Origin: an uncultured Gammaproteobacteria bacterium
GTDB taxonomy: Bacteria; Pseudomonadota; Gammaproteobacteria; UBA9214
Assembly (NCBI GenBank): GCA_963773065.1
Contig: CAVYZN010000022.1
Span: 13,113-77,112, forward strand
Length of the DNA: 64,000 nt
Direction of reading: 5' to 3'
The notes beneath the pieces are model-generated. The model was not told where the DNA came from. It did not search any database and saw only the letters and a list, made by a program, of their open reading frames with translations. Shown here piece by piece: positions 61,755 through 64,000 of this stretch. Both the position numbers and the translations under genes were made by a program. The stretch's first letter is position 1; each line of letters opens with the position of its first letter.

Positions 61755-62612
61755 CTAGACCCGTCGGTCCTGCGGCAGGAATACCGGCAGGCGCTTTGCA
61801 GCCTGGACTCCCGCCACCGCGTCCAAATTCCTGTCAGCGATTTCGTGGTTGATCTGCGTGTCATCGGGCACGACATCGCCGAACCCGGTCGTAGCTTCGA
61901 ACCGAATCACCGCAACAGTCACGTTGTCACGGGCGCCGCGCTCAAGCGTAAGATCCAGGAGTTCCAGGCTGGCTTCATCGCAGTCATAATCTTCCAGGAT
62001 CGCGGCCAGCTCGTGATCACTGACTTCCTTGTAGAGCCCGTCACTGCAAAGAAGAAACGCATCACCATCACGCAACGATGAACGGTATTCATCGAGAGCC
62101 AGTTCATTCCGGGCGCCAACGGCACGGGTTATCCTGTTTGCCATGGGGTGCTGATCCGCCTCGTCTTGCCGCAGTTGGCCGTTTTCAACCATCTCCTGGG
62201 CGATGCTGTGGTCGCGGGTGATTTGCCTCAGGCGGCCGTCACGCATCAAATAGGCGCGACTGTCGCCCGCCCAGAGACAACACCATTCCCGTTTGAATAC
62301 CAGAAAGGCAACCACGGTGCTACCCATGAACTGTTCGTAACCCGTGCGCAGGATTTCATCGTGGATACGCTGATTGGCCCGCTGCAGCCGGCCTTTTACC
62401 GCAGTGGCAAATTCCTCCAAGGAGTGCGGCTTGCCAATCTCACTGAAGGACTCGATAACGATGCGGCTTGCCACATCCCCCCTGGCATGTCCGCCCATAC
62501 CGTCTGCAATCAGCCACAGGCCGATATCATGCATGTTGAGATAGGCGTCTTCATTGACTTGGCGAAGTCTGCCGGTCGTGGTACGGCAAGATGACCACCA
62601 GCGATAACTCAT
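61755..62612 (-). CDS. PP2C-family Ser/Thr phosphatase
   Basis: GRLRQVNED, ADGMGGH, GDSRAY, LLCSDGL, RDNVT. Confidence 0.92.
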   Translation of the reverse strand: MSYRWWSSCRTTTGRLRQVNEDAYLNMHDIGLWLIADGMGGHARGDVASRIVIESFSEIGKPHSLEEFATAVKGRLQRANQRIHDEILRTGYEQFMGSTVVAFLVFKREWCCLWAGDSRAYLMRDGRLRQITRDHSIAQEMVENGQLRQDEADQHPMANRITRAVGARNELALDEYRSSLRDGDAFLLCSDGLYKEVSDHELAAILEDYDCDEASLELLDLTLERGARDNVTVAVIRFEATTGFGDVVPDDTQINHEIADRNLDAVAGVQAAKRLPVFLPQDRRV

Positions 62613-62958
62613 CGTTTGTTTCCTCCAGCGGCTTTACGCGAGTTGTCCGCCTGGCAGGCATCTTTGGCGCGATGGCGTGCTGGTGGCGGTTACCAGTAGG
62701 TGTTCGGCGATTCCAACTTGTTATCCAGAGCGCGTCTTCGCCCCCTGCGCTTCGACCAGACTTTAAATCTCATCCGGCTGTCCCAGGCATTAGTATATAA
62801 CCAACAAGCATGCGGATTCCTGTTTGTATTTAAGGCAGCAAGCACATGAAATGCTGGATCAACCCGCTGTGCGAAACATACTAGCGGGACGTTTTACTAT
62901 CAAATGGCGATATTATAATAATTTTATCAATCCATACCCCACCCATACCGCAGTGCAA

Positions 62959-62974
62959 TGGCAATCATACTGCT
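62959..62974 (+). promoter_or_regulatory. Putative sigma54 (-24/-12) promoter
   Basis: TGGCAATCATACTGCT, GG-N10-GC, preceded by an AT-rich tract. Confidence 0.55.
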
Positions 62975-63150
62975 AAAATGTTGAGTGTGACCTCAAGGCG
63001 GTGGAGGATTATGCCGTGCGGAAACGATGGGTTCCAACCCGCTGCCATGAGGTGTGACTGGTGACAAGGCTCAGCATTCTGCTCTTAAGCGGCGCGGGGG
63101 CAGTGAATTCGTTCAATAAAATGCGTGTATGTGATGACAGGAGAGTGAAG

Positions 63151-63342
63151 ATGGCAACCATAGTGATCAAAGACCTGGCCGCAAGTAAAGAGCTCGACCG
63201 AAAAGCCATGCGCGCAATAATCGGCGGGGGTGCAGGGCGGCGCCTGGGAATGCCTGCCTATCAGTCCGAGTTTTTCCAGCCGCCGGTATTTCAGGCAGGT
63301 TTCAAATTCGCGCCCTTCGAACTCGATACGACTAGCCGCTAA
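63151..63342 (+). CDS. Small precursor peptide with double-glycine leader (63 aa)
   Basis: RBS ggag; MATIVIKDLAASKELDRKAMRAIIGG then Phe/Pro/Gln-rich core. Confidence 0.8.
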   Translation: MATIVIKDLAASKELDRKAMRAIIGGGAGRRLGMPAYQSEFFQPPVFQAGFKFAPFELDTTSR

Positions 63343-63674
63343 CACTCTCAACGCAACTTTTAGACGGCGGGGCATCGAAGAACTACGCCGCACCTCGGGG
63401 CACGCGCTCTTCGTTGCGATCAGCCATGGGTTGCCAGTAGGGGTCCTATCGGTGCATTCCGTGTTGCCAGGGATTCATAACAGCGTTTCTTCCCGCGTGG
63501 CTGCCGCGGACTTTCCACCGTTGCTCTTCACCAAACAGTGTTACTTGTTTGTGTTCGCAGTTCGCGAACATCCGATTACCGAATCCTAATCGCGGCCTTT
63601 GCCCCGGTTGCAAGAGAAGTTTTAAATTTATTCGATTTCAATTGGTTATAATTTTTTGGCGGAACCAACCGGGT

Positions 63675-63690
63675 TGGCACGGTTCCTGCT
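63675..63690 (+). promoter_or_regulatory. Sigma54 (-24/-12) promoter
   Basis: TGGCACGGTTCCTGCT close to consensus TGGCACG-N4-TTGCW; IHF-like tttcaattggtta just upstream. Confidence 0.75.
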
Positions 63691-63771
63691 CTATACCAGA
63701 CATGAGTGCAAACCGCTCATGACCCAAACCCCTAAACCCGTAATCACGACTGAATCTAAAGGAGAACTGCA

Positions 63772-64000
63772 ATGCTGACCATCAAAGATCTTTCCGCAAG
63801 CCTGGAACTCGACCGTAAGGCCATGACCGAAGTGCGTGGCGGTGGCGACTGTTTCTCGACCAATGCCCAAGGCTCATCCCAGAGCGCGGTCGGCGGCCTG
63901 GTGGCCGTCAACGAGAGCACCCAGAACCTGTTTTCTGCCAACAGCGCCGTCGACTATACGGATATCCAGAAGACGCTGGTCGCGATTGGCCAGAACAACG
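63772..64000 (+). CDS. Second double-glycine-leader precursor, 3' truncated by window edge (absent from ORF track)
   Basis: RBS aaggag; MLTIKDLSASLELDRKAMTEVRGG then S/N/Q/A/G-rich core GDCFSTNAQGSSQSAVGGLVAVNESTQNLFSANSAV... Confidence 0.82.
   Translation, partial: MLTIKDLSASLELDRKAMTEVRGGGDCFSTNAQGSSQSAVGGLVAVNESTQNLFSANSAVDYTDIQKTLVAIGQNN

Noticed and set aside
59463-62612. Type VI secretion cluster
   Set aside because: No tss, hcp, vgrG or FHA genes in the window; only the kinase and phosphatase resemble T6SS regulators.

Overview
GC-rich gammaproteobacterial chromosome segment, probably from a sulfur-oxidiser-like lineage (inference) and probably from a long-read assembly, since many core genes carry single-base indels. 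The housekeeping backbone is pyk, frmA-fghA, rlmJ, purT, dsbB, gloA, argG, pdhAB plus a fused E2-E3 gene, an M17 peptidase, pyrC, rnt, grxD, argD-argF, modABC, ptsP and a cold-shock gene. Accessory material: (i) 8.5-18.3 kb, three paralogous secreted Gly/Tyr/Pro-rich proteins with a shared N-terminal motif (sulfur-globule-like), plus an AhpD-Rieske fusion, a hemerythrin-like protein and a four-repeat Cys-pair protein; (ii) about 38 kb, back-to-back 3' stumps of a fixX-like and a nif-type SIR2-like gene near modABC and a HipA module, possibly the scar of a deleted nitrogen-fixation region; (iii) 45.5-50.9 kb, ISL3 insertions, two nested and resolvable by target-site duplications; (iv) 52.9-64 kb, the best candidate for a poorly described system: a sigma54 activator, two DUF4399 proteins, a caspase-SH3-FGE fusion, a membrane non-RD Ser/Thr kinase, a PP2C phosphatase and two small genes with a shared double-glycine leader, each behind a -24/-12 promoter. 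That locus runs off the right edge. No CRISPR array, rRNA or tRNA was recognised. Family assignments are from motif recognition by eye, not database searches.
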